From a bacterium (GTDB lineage: Bacteria > Patescibacteriota > Saccharimonadia > Saccharimonadales > Saccharimonadaceae), in contig JAKPIF010000019.1 of the NCBI GenBank assembly GCA_029549925.1, forward strand, positions 1 to 62,771: 62,771 nt of DNA. The letters are read 5' to 3'. Positions within the stretch are counted from its first letter, which is position 1. Each line of letters begins with the position of its first letter. The notes under the pieces are model-generated. The model was not told the DNA's origin. It did no database searches and saw nothing but the letters and a program-made list of their open reading frames with translations. Position numbers and translations under genes: made by a program. This document shows positions 10,343-19,426 of the stretch, piece after piece.

Positions 10343-11100
10343 ACCCTGTCTTTAATTATCCTTGCGAAATTCTCGCAAATAACCCTTGACTGCGCCTCGC
10401 TTGTGGCGAGGAGTCTATTATCGTTTGCCGCCGCCTTCATTTTGTCAATGTCATAGCCTAGCGTCTTTAGCCACTCGAACTTTTTCTCTGGCCAGGTGTT
10501 GATATCGTCTAGTGCCACTTCGGGATGAAATTGCACGCCGTAGATTAACTTATCATAGGCGAACGCTTCCACATGGCAGTCCTTCGACGAAGCGAGCAAG
10601 GTAGCGCTAGTGGGCAATTTCTCCACTTCCGACTGGTGATTCTGATACATGATTAATTTAGGTGGTAGACCTTTAAGTAACGGTGAAGCTAGCCCCGCCT
10701 GATTAATCTCCACCTCGCACGGGCCATATTCAAAGCCGCCGTCGGCAAAGTTGTCGCTACGTTCTTCCGAGCTGACTACGCCGCCGAGTGCGCTAGCAAT
10801 TAACTGCTCGCCCAGGCAGATGCCGAGAAGTGGGATATCTTTATCTGCACAATCCTGTATTAGTGTTATTACGTCAGCGAGCCATGGGCGCACTTTGCCG
10901 TTTAGCAGGTAGGCTCCGCCAGTGACAATGACGCCTGCGAACGCATTATCTTTATCGTCACTCGCCGAATATTCAATATGCGCCGGCACTTCGCCACTCA
11001 TGCCGAGGCGATTGTCGATGATAAAGCCCGCCTCGCTCAGCCACACTTCGAACCGCCCCGCGTTATGGTCGACGGTGTGATTAACCACGAGTATTTTCAT
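10327..11100 (-). CDS. Class I glutamine amidotransferase-like protein
   Basis: GICLGEQL nucleophile elbow and GVQFHPE catalytic His-Glu. Confidence 0.9.
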   Translation of the reverse strand: MKILVVNHTVDHNAGRFEVWLSEAGFIIDNRLGMSGEVPAHIEYSASDDKDNAFAGVIVTGGAYLLNGKVRPWLADVITLIQDCADKDIPLLGICLGEQLIASALGGVVSSEERSDNFADGGFEYGPCEVEINQAGLASPLLKGLPPKLIMYQNHQSEVEKLPTSATLLASSKDCHVEAFAYDKLIYGVQFHPEVALDDINTWPEKKFEWLKTLGYDIDKMKAAANDNRLLATSEAQSRVICENFARIIKDRVKHTR

Positions 11101-11323
11101 AGAATTATTGTAGCATGTGGCTTAATTTTCCTTAGTAGCCCAGAGAAGCTGACGAGAAGCTATCTCTGAAGCATTATGCTGTATGATATGGTTAGAGCAG
11201 ATTATGAATAGAAAGGTCTGGCTGGTTGCCAGATAGTATTCAAGGACAACAGCCGCGCAATAGCCGTGGTGGAAGCTAAGGATGCGAATCACGAAGTGAA
11301 GGTAAGTGGGAGAAGACTGATAT

Positions 11324-12386
11324 ATGGCTAAGAAGGAAGTAAGAACTGACCTCTGGGTTGCAAAGCAACTTGACGAGTGCGGTATCAAGTTCGATGCGCA
11401 GGGAAGCAACATCAAGGAGCTTGACGAGGCTCTGAAAACGGCATCGAAGAGGGGCACGGGAAAGGCTGGATACCCTGAGTATGTAGCCGTGATAGGCGAT
11501 TTTGTCCTTGTTATCGAGGATAAGGCTGATATAGAAAAACAGGTGAACTTGACCGATAGGGGCGTTATCGCAACGGACACGAAGTCGATTACGGACTATG
11601 CCGTGAATGGCGCGTATTTCTACGGTAAGCACATTGCACAGAACAGCCCGTTCAAGAAGGTGTTCGCGCTTGGTGTCTCAGGTGACGAGAAGCATCATGT
11701 CATAACTCCTTTGTGGGTCGATGACCGCGAGGGCTATAAGGAGCTGCCAGACCTTGAGTCGTTCGTATCTTTCTCACCTAGAAACATCCGCGAGTATTAC
11801 ACGCGGTATGTACTTGAAGAAGAGACTGACGTCGAGAAGACGACGGAGCAAATTCTGAAGGATGCAGCGGAACTACATGAGTACCTGCGCACCTATGGAA
11901 CATTGAAAGACCAGGACAAGCCGCTTGTTGTTGCGGGTATCCTGCTTGCGCTGGATGAGATTGAGTACGGTGGCTTCAGCATCAACAGCCTGACCGGTGA
12001 CCAAACGCCAGGAATGCGCGATGGCGACAAGCTGATGAACGCCATTAGGGGGCGTCTGACCCGTTCGAACGTTGGTCCTGATGCGAAGAAAGACAAGCTG
12101 CTGCACGAGTTCGCCATCATTCAAGACAGCGTTCGCCTGAACGAGAAGAACGACACGCTCGGCAAGACGCCGCTCAAGTACTATACGGAGTTCTTGTACG
12201 AGAGGGTGTTCAAGAACATCAAGTACCAGAAGACGAGCGAGGACTTCATCGGACGGTTCTATGGCGAGTTCATGAGCTATTCCGGCGGCGACGGACAGAC
12301 GCTTGGTATCATTCTGACGCCTCGCCATATCACTGACCTTATGTGTGATTTGGTCAATGTGGGGCCTGATGACGTCGTACTTGACC
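11324..12386 (+). pseudogene. BcgI-like type IIB REase-MTase subunit, N-terminal part (interrupted by insertion; reads on to a stop at 12460)
   Basis: PE...VIEDK nuclease motif, DFIGRFYGEFM, LGIILTPRHI, ends at VVLD just before MTase motif I. Confidence 0.88.
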
Positions 12387-12614
12387 AAACAACTCCAAAT
12401 ATGATACAAAGAATAAGCGGGATATTTGAAAGAAATGCTTTGATTTCAAAGGAAATATAGCCTTTTCTAAATTTTATATAGTTTAGAAATTAAAAAAATA
12501 ATAAAAAAATTATTCTATGTGTTAATTGAAACTAGTAAGTTATTAAAAAATATGACTGAAAATGTGGTCTAATTAAATAGACGGATAAATAGTAAGTTAT
12601 AGAGAAGAGTATTT

Positions 12615-13487
12615 ATGGAAAAAATAAAAAAATTATTTGGAGAAATTGATTTAACTTGGAAAAAGTTAATTTTATTTGCAATTCTAGCAGGAGTTTATAC
12701 TGCAATAATGGCAATGTTACCAATAGTAAAAGATACTTCATTTTCAGATTTAACCGTTACTTTTGAAGTGTGGATTTTATGTGGTATATTTATTATTACG
12801 AATAGCAAATCTGCAAAAGATTCAGCAGTAAAATGCTTTGTGTTCTTTTTAATAAGTCAGCCATTAGTTTATCTTATTCAAGATGTGATAAATCATAGTC
12901 AGTTGTTTATTACATATTATAGATATTGGTTTATTTGGACTATTGCAACAATTCCAATGGGATTTATAGGATATTATATGAAAAAAGATAAATGGTGGGG
13001 ACTATTAATATTAACACCAATATTAATTTTATTAGGAGAAGAATTTGGTGGATATTTATCAAAAGTAATATTTTCTTTTCCAAGACATTTACTAACTACT
13101 GTATTCTGTTTAGTAACATTAATTATTTATCCATTAGTTATATTTAAGAATAAGAAAATAAAATTAATTGGTGGAATTATAAGTGCAATTATTATCGTAG
13201 TTATGACTATTTTATGTTTTGTTAATCCACCAGTATATAGTACAGAAATTTTAGCAAATGGTGAAAAATATCAATTTGATGATTCTTATAAAGTTTACTT
13301 GGTGGACAAAAAATTTGGAGAATTAAGTATTAAGTATGAACAGGGGATAGAAGATTGGATGGTTCATGCTGAATTTAAAAGAGCTGGTAAAACTGAATTT
13401 GTACTTGAATCACCAGATGGTAAAAAAACAGTATTTGATATTTCTATTCAGAGAAATACATATACTATAAAAGAAAAGAATAATTAA
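12615..13487 (+). CDS. Hypothetical multi-pass membrane protein (cargo of the insertion)
   Basis: 290 aa, about 7 hydrophobic helices followed by a short soluble beta-rich C-terminal domain; AT-rich codon usage. Confidence 0.88.
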   Translation: MEKIKKLFGEIDLTWKKLILFAILAGVYTAIMAMLPIVKDTSFSDLTVTFEVWILCGIFIITNSKSAKDSAVKCFVFFLISQPLVYLIQDVINHSQLFITYYRYWFIWTIATIPMGFIGYYMKKDKWWGLLILTPILILLGEEFGGYLSKVIFSFPRHLLTTVFCLVTLIIYPLVIFKNKKIKLIGGIISAIIIVVMTILCFVNPPVYSTEILANGEKYQFDDSYKVYLVDKKFGELSIKYEQGIEDWMVHAEFKRAGKTEFVLESPDGKKTVFDISIQRNTYTIKEKNN

Positions 13488-13604
13488 TCGTAATATTTTG
13501 ATATTATGCACAAGTATTAGAAAGATAACTTACAATTTATTAATTAGTTCGGAAGATTAAGATGTTACGAGCATGTAAGCTACAATTTGTAAGATAGAGA
13601 TAAC

Positions 13605-13629
13605 GAGAGCCGAAAGGCTCTTATTTTTA
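13605..13629 (+). terminator. Intrinsic terminator inside the insertion
   Basis: gagagcc-gaaa-ggctctt followed by attttt. Confidence 0.75.
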
Positions 13630-13728
13630 TGCTCTTAAATCTTATTCACTTACAAATCTTTTCTTATTATATAAGATAAATCGTGTTCACTCTAAAAGGT
13701 TTGTTGTATTAAGAATGGTGTCGTAATA

Positions 13729-14607
13729 GACCCGACATGCGGAACAGGAGGCTTTTTGATTCCTGCAATGCATCGCATGCTGTCCATGGCGGACAGCGAG
13801 GCGCAGAAGAAGAGCATCAAGAAGAAGCAGCTTCACGGGTTTGAGCTTCAGAGCAACATGTTCGCCGTAGCATGCGCGAATATGATTCTGCGCCGCGATG
13901 GCAACAGCAACCTCGAGTGCTGCGATTTTCTCGCAAAGAACCCGGCTCAAGTGCAGCTGAAGGGCGCGACGGTCGGCCTGATGAACCCGCCTTACTCTCA
14001 GGGAACGAAAGCCGACCCTGAGCAGTATGAGCTTTCATTCATCGAGCATTTACTGGATTCATTGACGGTCGGCGCGAGAGCGGCTGTCATTGTGCCTCAG
14101 TCATCCATGACGGGGAAGAGCAAGGTCGAGCAGGCGTTCAAGGCGTCGATAATGAATCACCACACGCTGGAAGGCGTCATCACCTGCAACACGGAGACGT
14201 TCTACGGTGTAGGCGTGAACCCGGTTATTGCCGTGTTCACGGCGCATGAGTCACACCCAAAGGATAAGGTCTGCAAGTTCATTGACTTCAGGGATGACGG
14301 CTATGAGACGAGGGCGCACGTGGGGCTGGTTGAGGGCGACTCAGCCAAGGACAAGCGACAGCATCTTCTGGACGTATGGTTTGGACGTACTGAGGCTCCG
14401 TCGAAGTTCTGCGTGGAGTCTACGGTACAGCCGGATGACGAGTGGCTGCACAGCTTTTACTACTTCAACGACGAGATACCGACCGATGCTGACTTCGAGA
14501 AGGCCATTGGCGACTACCTGACGTTTGAGTTCTCGATGGTCATGCAGAACCGCGAGTACCTGTTTGAGGACACGAAGGGAGGCAAGGCGGATGAAGAAGC
14601 TGAATGA
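13729..14607 (+). pseudogene. BcgI-like type IIB REase-MTase subunit, C-terminal part (N6-adenine MTase)
   Basis: In frame DPTCGTGGFL (motif I), GFE, NPPY (motif IV), AAVIVP, TFYGVG. Confidence 0.9.
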
Positions 14608-15649
14608 GAAGACATGGAATGAGTTCTATTTGAATGATATTTTCAGTTTCAAATTGGCCAAAGGTGATAATCAACCAAAAAACATGAGCCAAGGACGTTT
14701 TCCTGTTGTTTCTGCCGGTGAGACAAATAACGGTGTTACAGCGTTTGTTAGTAATCCTGACGAAGGAAGTACATTTCAGTCAGGAACCATAACGGTTGAT
14801 ATGTTTGGAAAAGCATTTTGGCACGGGTATGACTATTGTGCTGTATCACACGGTAGAGTGAATATTCTTGACTTAAACACTCCGAATGATTCTAGTCAAT
14901 TTATATCAATTTGTATTGATAAAGGAACTATATCTAAGTATTCATACAATCAAATGTGTTCGCAGAAAAGGCTTACAAGTCAAAAGGTCATGCTCCCAGT
15001 TGACGATGGTGGCAAGCCTGATTACGACTACATGGCGCAGTACGCCTCCGAAATGAGGGGGGGCATGCTCATGCGGTATAAAAATTACGCCGCCGAGCAG
15101 CTCTCCAAGTTGGAATATAAGGATATCCCTGCGCTGGATGAGAAGGAGTGGAAAGAGTTTCGGATTGGCGAGCTGTTTGAAGTCAGCCGTCCAAATGCCA
15201 GAAACAAGGACGATTACGACCTAGGCGACATACCGTTTGTCGCCTCGGGCGCAATGAACAACGGCGTAATGAAATGTTGCAAGACGCGTGAGGGTGAGCG
15301 GCTCGACGCGGGTAACTGCATCACTGTTAGCCCTGTTGATGGAAGTTCTTTCTATCAGCCTATGGATTTCCTCGGACGGGGTGGCGCAGGTTCATTAATT
15401 CTCATGCTGCGAAATGACGGCTTGAATTTGCTCCGCGGCGAGTTCATGGCACGTATGATTCAGCAGACGTGCTCAAAATATAGTTATGGTCACATGGGCA
15501 ATAAGGACAGTATCAAGCGTGAGTGCGTCATGCTCCCCGTTGATGATGACGGCAAGCCTGACTATGCCTATATGGAGCAGTACGCCAAGAACATGATGCT
15601 GAAGAAATATGAGCAGTATCTGACGTTCATTGATGGTAGAGATGATTAA
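14591..15649 (+). CDS. Restriction-modification specificity (S / BcgI beta-like) subunit, two TRDs
   Basis: Two TRDs (PVVSAGETNNGV, PFVASGAMNNGV), each followed by VMLPVDDxGKPDYxYMxQYA; ATG at 14591 overlaps the upstream gene end. Confidence 0.9.
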   Translation: MKKLNEKTWNEFYLNDIFSFKLAKGDNQPKNMSQGRFPVVSAGETNNGVTAFVSNPDEGSTFQSGTITVDMFGKAFWHGYDYCAVSHGRVNILDLNTPNDSSQFISICIDKGTISKYSYNQMCSQKRLTSQKVMLPVDDGGKPDYDYMAQYASEMRGGMLMRYKNYAAEQLSKLEYKDIPALDEKEWKEFRIGELFEVSRPNARNKDDYDLGDIPFVASGAMNNGVMKCCKTREGERLDAGNCITVSPVDGSSFYQPMDFLGRGGAGSLILMLRNDGLNLLRGEFMARMIQQTCSKYSYGHMGNKDSIKRECVMLPVDDDGKPDYAYMEQYAKNMMLKKYEQYLTFIDGRDD

Positions 15650-15823
15650 CTTTTAGATTCAAATACTTAGACGAAGACGCAGGTCGAGGAGGGAGTCTCT
15701 CTCGCCAACGGTAAGTACGCTTTAATACGTGATTGGCGGGCGACAAATAAGGCGGGCAAGCCTATCAAGAAGCTCGAGCGTTTCGTTGATGGTATGCTAT
15801 AATTATCCATAAGGGCAACGGAG

Positions 15824-16621
15824 ATGAAAACAATCGCGATTACGAATCAAAAAGGCGGCGTGGGCAAGACGACCACGGCGATTAACTTATCGTATTATCT
15901 GGCCAAGAATCACGGCGCGCGGGTGCTGCTAGTCGATTTCGACCCGCAGGGCAATGCCAGCAGTGGCCTCGGCATAGAGAAAGAGAAGCTGCGCACTGGT
16001 AGCAACCCTGGTGGCGCGCCGTCGATACTAGAGGTGATTTCCGGCGAAGCTGAGATGCGCGAAGTCATCCAGCCGACGCAGTTTAAGAATCTAGCGGTGG
16101 CGCCGTCAATTCCACAACTCGCCGACGCCGAAGCGGGGCTGGCGCAGGTGAATGACCGCTTTACGCGACTGGCGAAAGCGCTGCGCACTGTGTCCGATGA
16201 TTATGATATTGCGATTATCGATTCGCCGCCGTCGCTCAGCCTACTGACGTTGAACGTGCTCGTGGCGAGCGACTGCGTACTTTTGCCGGTGCAGGCGGAA
16301 TTTTACGCACTCGAAGGCTTGACGCAGCTTCTTGAGACAATGAAGCTCGTGCGTCAATCGCTTAACCCGACGCTAGATCTTCTGGGCGTGCTGGTTACGA
16401 TGATGGATAGCCGTACAGCACTGAGTCAGCAGGTTTACGAAGAGGTGGCGAAGTATTTCCCAGGCAAGATTATGAAAACGAGTATTCCGCGCAACGTACG
16501 TCTCGCCGAAGCGCCGTCGCACGGCTTACCGGTAGGGGCTTATGACCGTTTTAGCAAGGGTGCTCGTGCCTACAAAGCTGCCGCCGCCGAAGTCGCCCAG
16601 CGCATCGGCTGGGCAGGATAA
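15824..16621 (+). CDS. parA: Chromosome partitioning ATPase ParA/Soj
   Basis: NQKGGVGKTTT, DFDPQGNAS, PRNVRLAEAPSHG. Confidence 0.96.
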   Translation: MKTIAITNQKGGVGKTTTAINLSYYLAKNHGARVLLVDFDPQGNASSGLGIEKEKLRTGSNPGGAPSILEVISGEAEMREVIQPTQFKNLAVAPSIPQLADAEAGLAQVNDRFTRLAKALRTVSDDYDIAIIDSPPSLSLLTLNVLVASDCVLLPVQAEFYALEGLTQLLETMKLVRQSLNPTLDLLGVLVTMMDSRTALSQQVYEEVAKYFPGKIMKTSIPRNVRLAEAPSHGLPVGAYDRFSKGARAYKAAAAEVAQRIGWAG

Positions 16622-16623
16622 AA

Positions 16624-16673
16624 CCCTCTCTCTTAGAGAGGGCAGATGAGCCTTAGCTCATCGGGTGTGTTTT
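16624..16673 (+). repeat. REP-like element (type A)
   Basis: ccctctctcttagagagggcagatgagccttagctcatcgggtgtgtttt. Confidence 0.85.
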
Positions 16674-16683
16674 CACGGACTTA

Positions 16684-16701
16684 TGCTATAATATCATTAT
16701 G
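16684..16701 (+). promoter_or_regulatory. Extended -10 promoter 6 nt before the parB ATG (example of a window-wide leaderless-type motif)
   Basis: TGCTATAAT-atcatt-ATG; same geometry before many other genes. Confidence 0.8.
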
Positions 16702-17601
16702 GTAAAACGGGGGCTTGGCAAGGGGTTTGCGTCGCTCATCCCGACGGATATCGTCGAGAGCGAGTTCGACGCGACGGCAAAAGACGATGAAAAAGTTAGC
16801 GATTTGCGCTATATTCCGATTGATCAGATTGAGGCTGACCCTAATCAGCCGCGACGCCACTTTGACGAAGATGAGTTAAACGAGCTGGCCGAGTCGCTGA
16901 AAGAGCACGGCCTCCTTCAGCCGATTGTGGTCACGCCGCGGGGCGGCAAATACCAAGTGGTGGCGGGTGAACGGCGTCTACGCGCAGCAAAAATTGCCGG
17001 ATTTAAAGAGATTCAGGCGATCGTCCGTACTCTATCGGCTCAGCACCAGCTCGAAATTAGCATTGTCGAGAATGTTCAGCGCGCCGACCTTAACCCGATT
17101 GAAACGGCGACGGCCTATGCCAAGCTTCGCGCCCAGTTCAACATGAACTATGACGATATCGGTAAGCGTGTGGGCAAGGCAGGAACGACTGTGGCGAACG
17201 TTACGCGCCTTCTAAAGCTACCAGAGGACGCCAAGCGGGCATTGATGGAGAATAAGATTACCGAAGGTCATGCCCGCCAAATTCTGGCTTTGGATGAGTA
17301 TCCAAAGGGGCAAGAGGCGCTACTAGAGGAAATTCTAAAGAATAAGCGCAATGTCCGTTGGGCGGAGGAATTCGTGCGCGCCTATAAGCGACAGGAGGCG
17401 GATGGTGACCGCAATAACGCTAAGAAGGCAAAGCGCTCGGTCCAAAGCGAGACGCCACTGACTAAAAAGCTGGCCAAGCGCCTCGGCCTCAAGAGTAAGA
17501 GCGTCCTCAATAAGCCCACCGCTCACGGCGGCAGCATCATCATTAAGTATCATAACGACGACGAAATGCGCCTAATCATTGACACGCTGAGCAATGAGTA
17601 A
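16699..17601 (+). CDS. parB: Chromosome partitioning protein ParB
   Basis: RGLGKG, QPRRHF, GLLQPI, AGERRLRA, ENVQRADLNPIE, HTH. Confidence 0.96.
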   Translation: MVKRGLGKGFASLIPTDIVESEFDATAKDDEKVSDLRYIPIDQIEADPNQPRRHFDEDELNELAESLKEHGLLQPIVVTPRGGKYQVVAGERRLRAAKIAGFKEIQAIVRTLSAQHQLEISIVENVQRADLNPIETATAYAKLRAQFNMNYDDIGKRVGKAGTTVANVTRLLKLPEDAKRALMENKITEGHARQILALDEYPKGQEALLEEILKNKRNVRWAEEFVRAYKRQEADGDRNNAKKAKRSVQSETPLTKKLAKRLGLKSKSVLNKPTAHGGSIIIKYHNDDEMRLIIDTLSNE

Positions 17602-17656
17602 GACGCGCCCGGATAGCTAGTAGCGATTAAAATAACTTTGTAGTAGAATAACATAA

Positions 17657-18385
17657 GTGAATTCTGAGAAGCAGACGAATAACGAGCAGCTAGCCAACTT
17701 GAACACGCCCTTGGTGCAGTCGGGTTACGAGCGGCCCGACCCGGTGGGGAAGCGGGAGCTACCGATGTGGTTTCGTGATATTACGAACCTCGTTATCTTC
17801 GTTATCTGCGTGCTCATTGGTGTCTTCCTAATTAATCACCTTATCTTTCAGAGTTTTAATGTTGTCGGTCCGAGCATGGAGCCGACATTGGAAGGCGTCG
17901 GCTCTTCGGACCGTTTAATTGTCAACCGCTTGCCTGTCACAGCGGCGAAGCTATCGGGTCAACAGTATGAGCCGAATCGGGGCGACATCATTGTGTTTAA
18001 GAACCCGCAGACCGACGGCACAACCGAAACGGATGAGTATATTGTCAAGCGTGTCATCGCCTTTGCGGGCGAGAGGGTTAAGATCGATGACTGCACGCTA
18101 AAGGTCTACAATCAGGCGCACCCGAATGGCTATAACCCTTATCCGACGCTCCGCAATTTCGCGAGCAATGATAGCAGCGTGAACACCTGCGTGGACGGCG
18201 ATGGAACGGACGTGACCGTGCCGACGGGACGGATTTTTGTCGTGGGCGATCACCGCATAGGTAGTTATTCGATGGATAGTCGTGATGGTGATGATCGGCC
18301 CAGCCTTGGCACGATTCCGCTGGACGATATCGTTGGGCCGGTCGCGCTAAGGATTTATCCATTTAATAAGGCCAAGGTGTTCTAG
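17657..18385 (+). CDS. lepB: Signal peptidase I
   Basis: GPSMEPTL (Ser), IVKRVI (Lys), GDHR...SMDSR. Confidence 0.93.
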   Translation: MNSEKQTNNEQLANLNTPLVQSGYERPDPVGKRELPMWFRDITNLVIFVICVLIGVFLINHLIFQSFNVVGPSMEPTLEGVGSSDRLIVNRLPVTAAKLSGQQYEPNRGDIIVFKNPQTDGTTETDEYIVKRVIAFAGERVKIDDCTLKVYNQAHPNGYNPYPTLRNFASNDSSVNTCVDGDGTDVTVPTGRIFVVGDHRIGSYSMDSRDGDDRPSLGTIPLDDIVGPVALRIYPFNKAKVF

Positions 18386-18411
18386 CGAGTATGCTATAAT
18401 ATCTCTATCTT

Positions 18412-19218
18412 ATGTCAGATTTTATTAGGCTTGGTGGGAAGCGAGACCTCGGGGCGGATATCGTCCATGGACTACTGAATACCTTATTTGCGGCGACGGT
18501 TGTTTTCTTGTCGACGTCATTTTCAACGCCATGGCCAGCATATATCTTAGTTATTCTGTCTAAATGGCGCACCGTGGCAGTGCGGCCACGCTATTGGGGT
18601 GCTAATTTGCTCGGCGCTTTGCCGGACCTAATTGTGGGGCTGGGATTTGCGGCGATTTCATGGAATGCCGGTCAAGTGGCGGCGACATATCAGCTAGAGG
18701 GCCAGAGTTTGCCGATATCTCTCATGATGGTGCAGATTGTTCTTGGCTTCCTCTATGCGGTGTGGCTCGTTATTGTTAAGCCGCTCAAGAGCGAAAACGG
18801 TGTCGGCGCGCAAGCGCTCATCACGCAGATAGTAGGTCTGACGGCAATATTTTCCTTGTCGAGGTCGGTGCCACTAGTGGTGACAATGCTGATGTCATTT
18901 GTAGTAGCATTTAGCGTCGCACGCCAAGCGCTCAATAACTTTGACGAAAAGGATTTGAACCTAATGAGCAGTGTCTGGGGCTTACTAGTGATGGAGCTAG
19001 CCTTTGTCTCGTGGCACTGGAGCGTGTCGTATCAGCTAACGCCACTTGTGCGCGTGCCGCAGATCGCCATAATTGCGGCGGTCATCGGTATCGTGGCGTA
19101 TCGCGTCTATCGAGCGTGGCAGGATGATCGGCGGGTCACGTGGGACGAGCTAGGGCTACCAGTGGTCTTTACGATTATTTTGACGCTAGTTGTATTATTT
19201 GGCTTTAGTGGTTTATAA
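18412..19218 (+). CDS. Hypothetical multi-pass membrane protein
   Basis: Highly hydrophobic 268-aa ORF, SKWRTVAVRPRYW motif, own -10 box. Confidence 0.8.
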   Translation: MSDFIRLGGKRDLGADIVHGLLNTLFAATVVFLSTSFSTPWPAYILVILSKWRTVAVRPRYWGANLLGALPDLIVGLGFAAISWNAGQVAATYQLEGQSLPISLMMVQIVLGFLYAVWLVIVKPLKSENGVGAQALITQIVGLTAIFSLSRSVPLVVTMLMSFVVAFSVARQALNNFDEKDLNLMSSVWGLLVMELAFVSWHWSVSYQLTPLVRVPQIAIIAAVIGIVAYRVYRAWQDDRRVTWDELGLPVVFTIILTLVVLFGFSGL

Positions 19219-19302
19219 TAAGGCTATGGCGCTAGATATAGCGTAAGTGAGAACCTTTGGAACGCTATATATAGAAAAGCGTCATAGAAAGTGGGGTAAA
19301 AT

Positions 19303-19365
19303 ATGTGTAAGTGCAATGGTGACGGCGGCTGCGACGGTGATTGCAGCAACTGCCCAGGCTGCTAG
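19303..19365 (+). CDS. Putative 20-aa Cys-rich small peptide MCKCNGDGGCDGDCSNCPGC
   Basis: ATG...TAG, 6 Cys in 20 codons, SD-like gtggggt upstream; below the ORF-track size cut-off. Confidence 0.6.
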   Translation: MCKCNGDGGCDGDCSNCPGC

Positions 19366-19376
19366 AAGCAGCGAAG

Positions 19377-19426
19377 CCCTCCCTTCTAGGGAGGGCAGAT
19401 GAGCGCAGCTCATCGGGTGAGTTTTT
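19377..19426 (+). repeat. REP-like element (type A)
   Basis: ccctcccttctagggagggcagatgagcgcagctcatcgggtgagtttt. Confidence 0.85.

Larger units (their letters stand above)
12374..13732. mobile_element. 1346-bp AT-rich non-autonomous integrative element inserted in the MTase motif I codons
   Basis: Sharp GC drop; junction repeats gtcgtacttgacc (12374-12386) and gtcgtaatagacc (13720-13732); removal restores the frame; joined ends form a dyad around GA; no recombinase gene inside. Confidence 0.88.

Noticed and set aside
13485-13520. dif-like Xer site
   Set aside because: Only a partial ttatg match in AT-rich sequence.
12387-13728. Group I/II intron or intein explanation for the MTase interruption
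   Set aside because: No GUGYG start or domain V seen, no RT or homing endonuclease, and it contains stops and a terminator. The dyad att-like ends fit DNA recombination better.
12387-13728. IS element
   Set aside because: No transposase, and the junction is an imperfect core rather than a clean target duplication.
14525-14590. Longer start for the S subunit given in the ORF track
   Set aside because: Overlaps the MTase coding region; ATG 14591 has an SD and the expected coupling.
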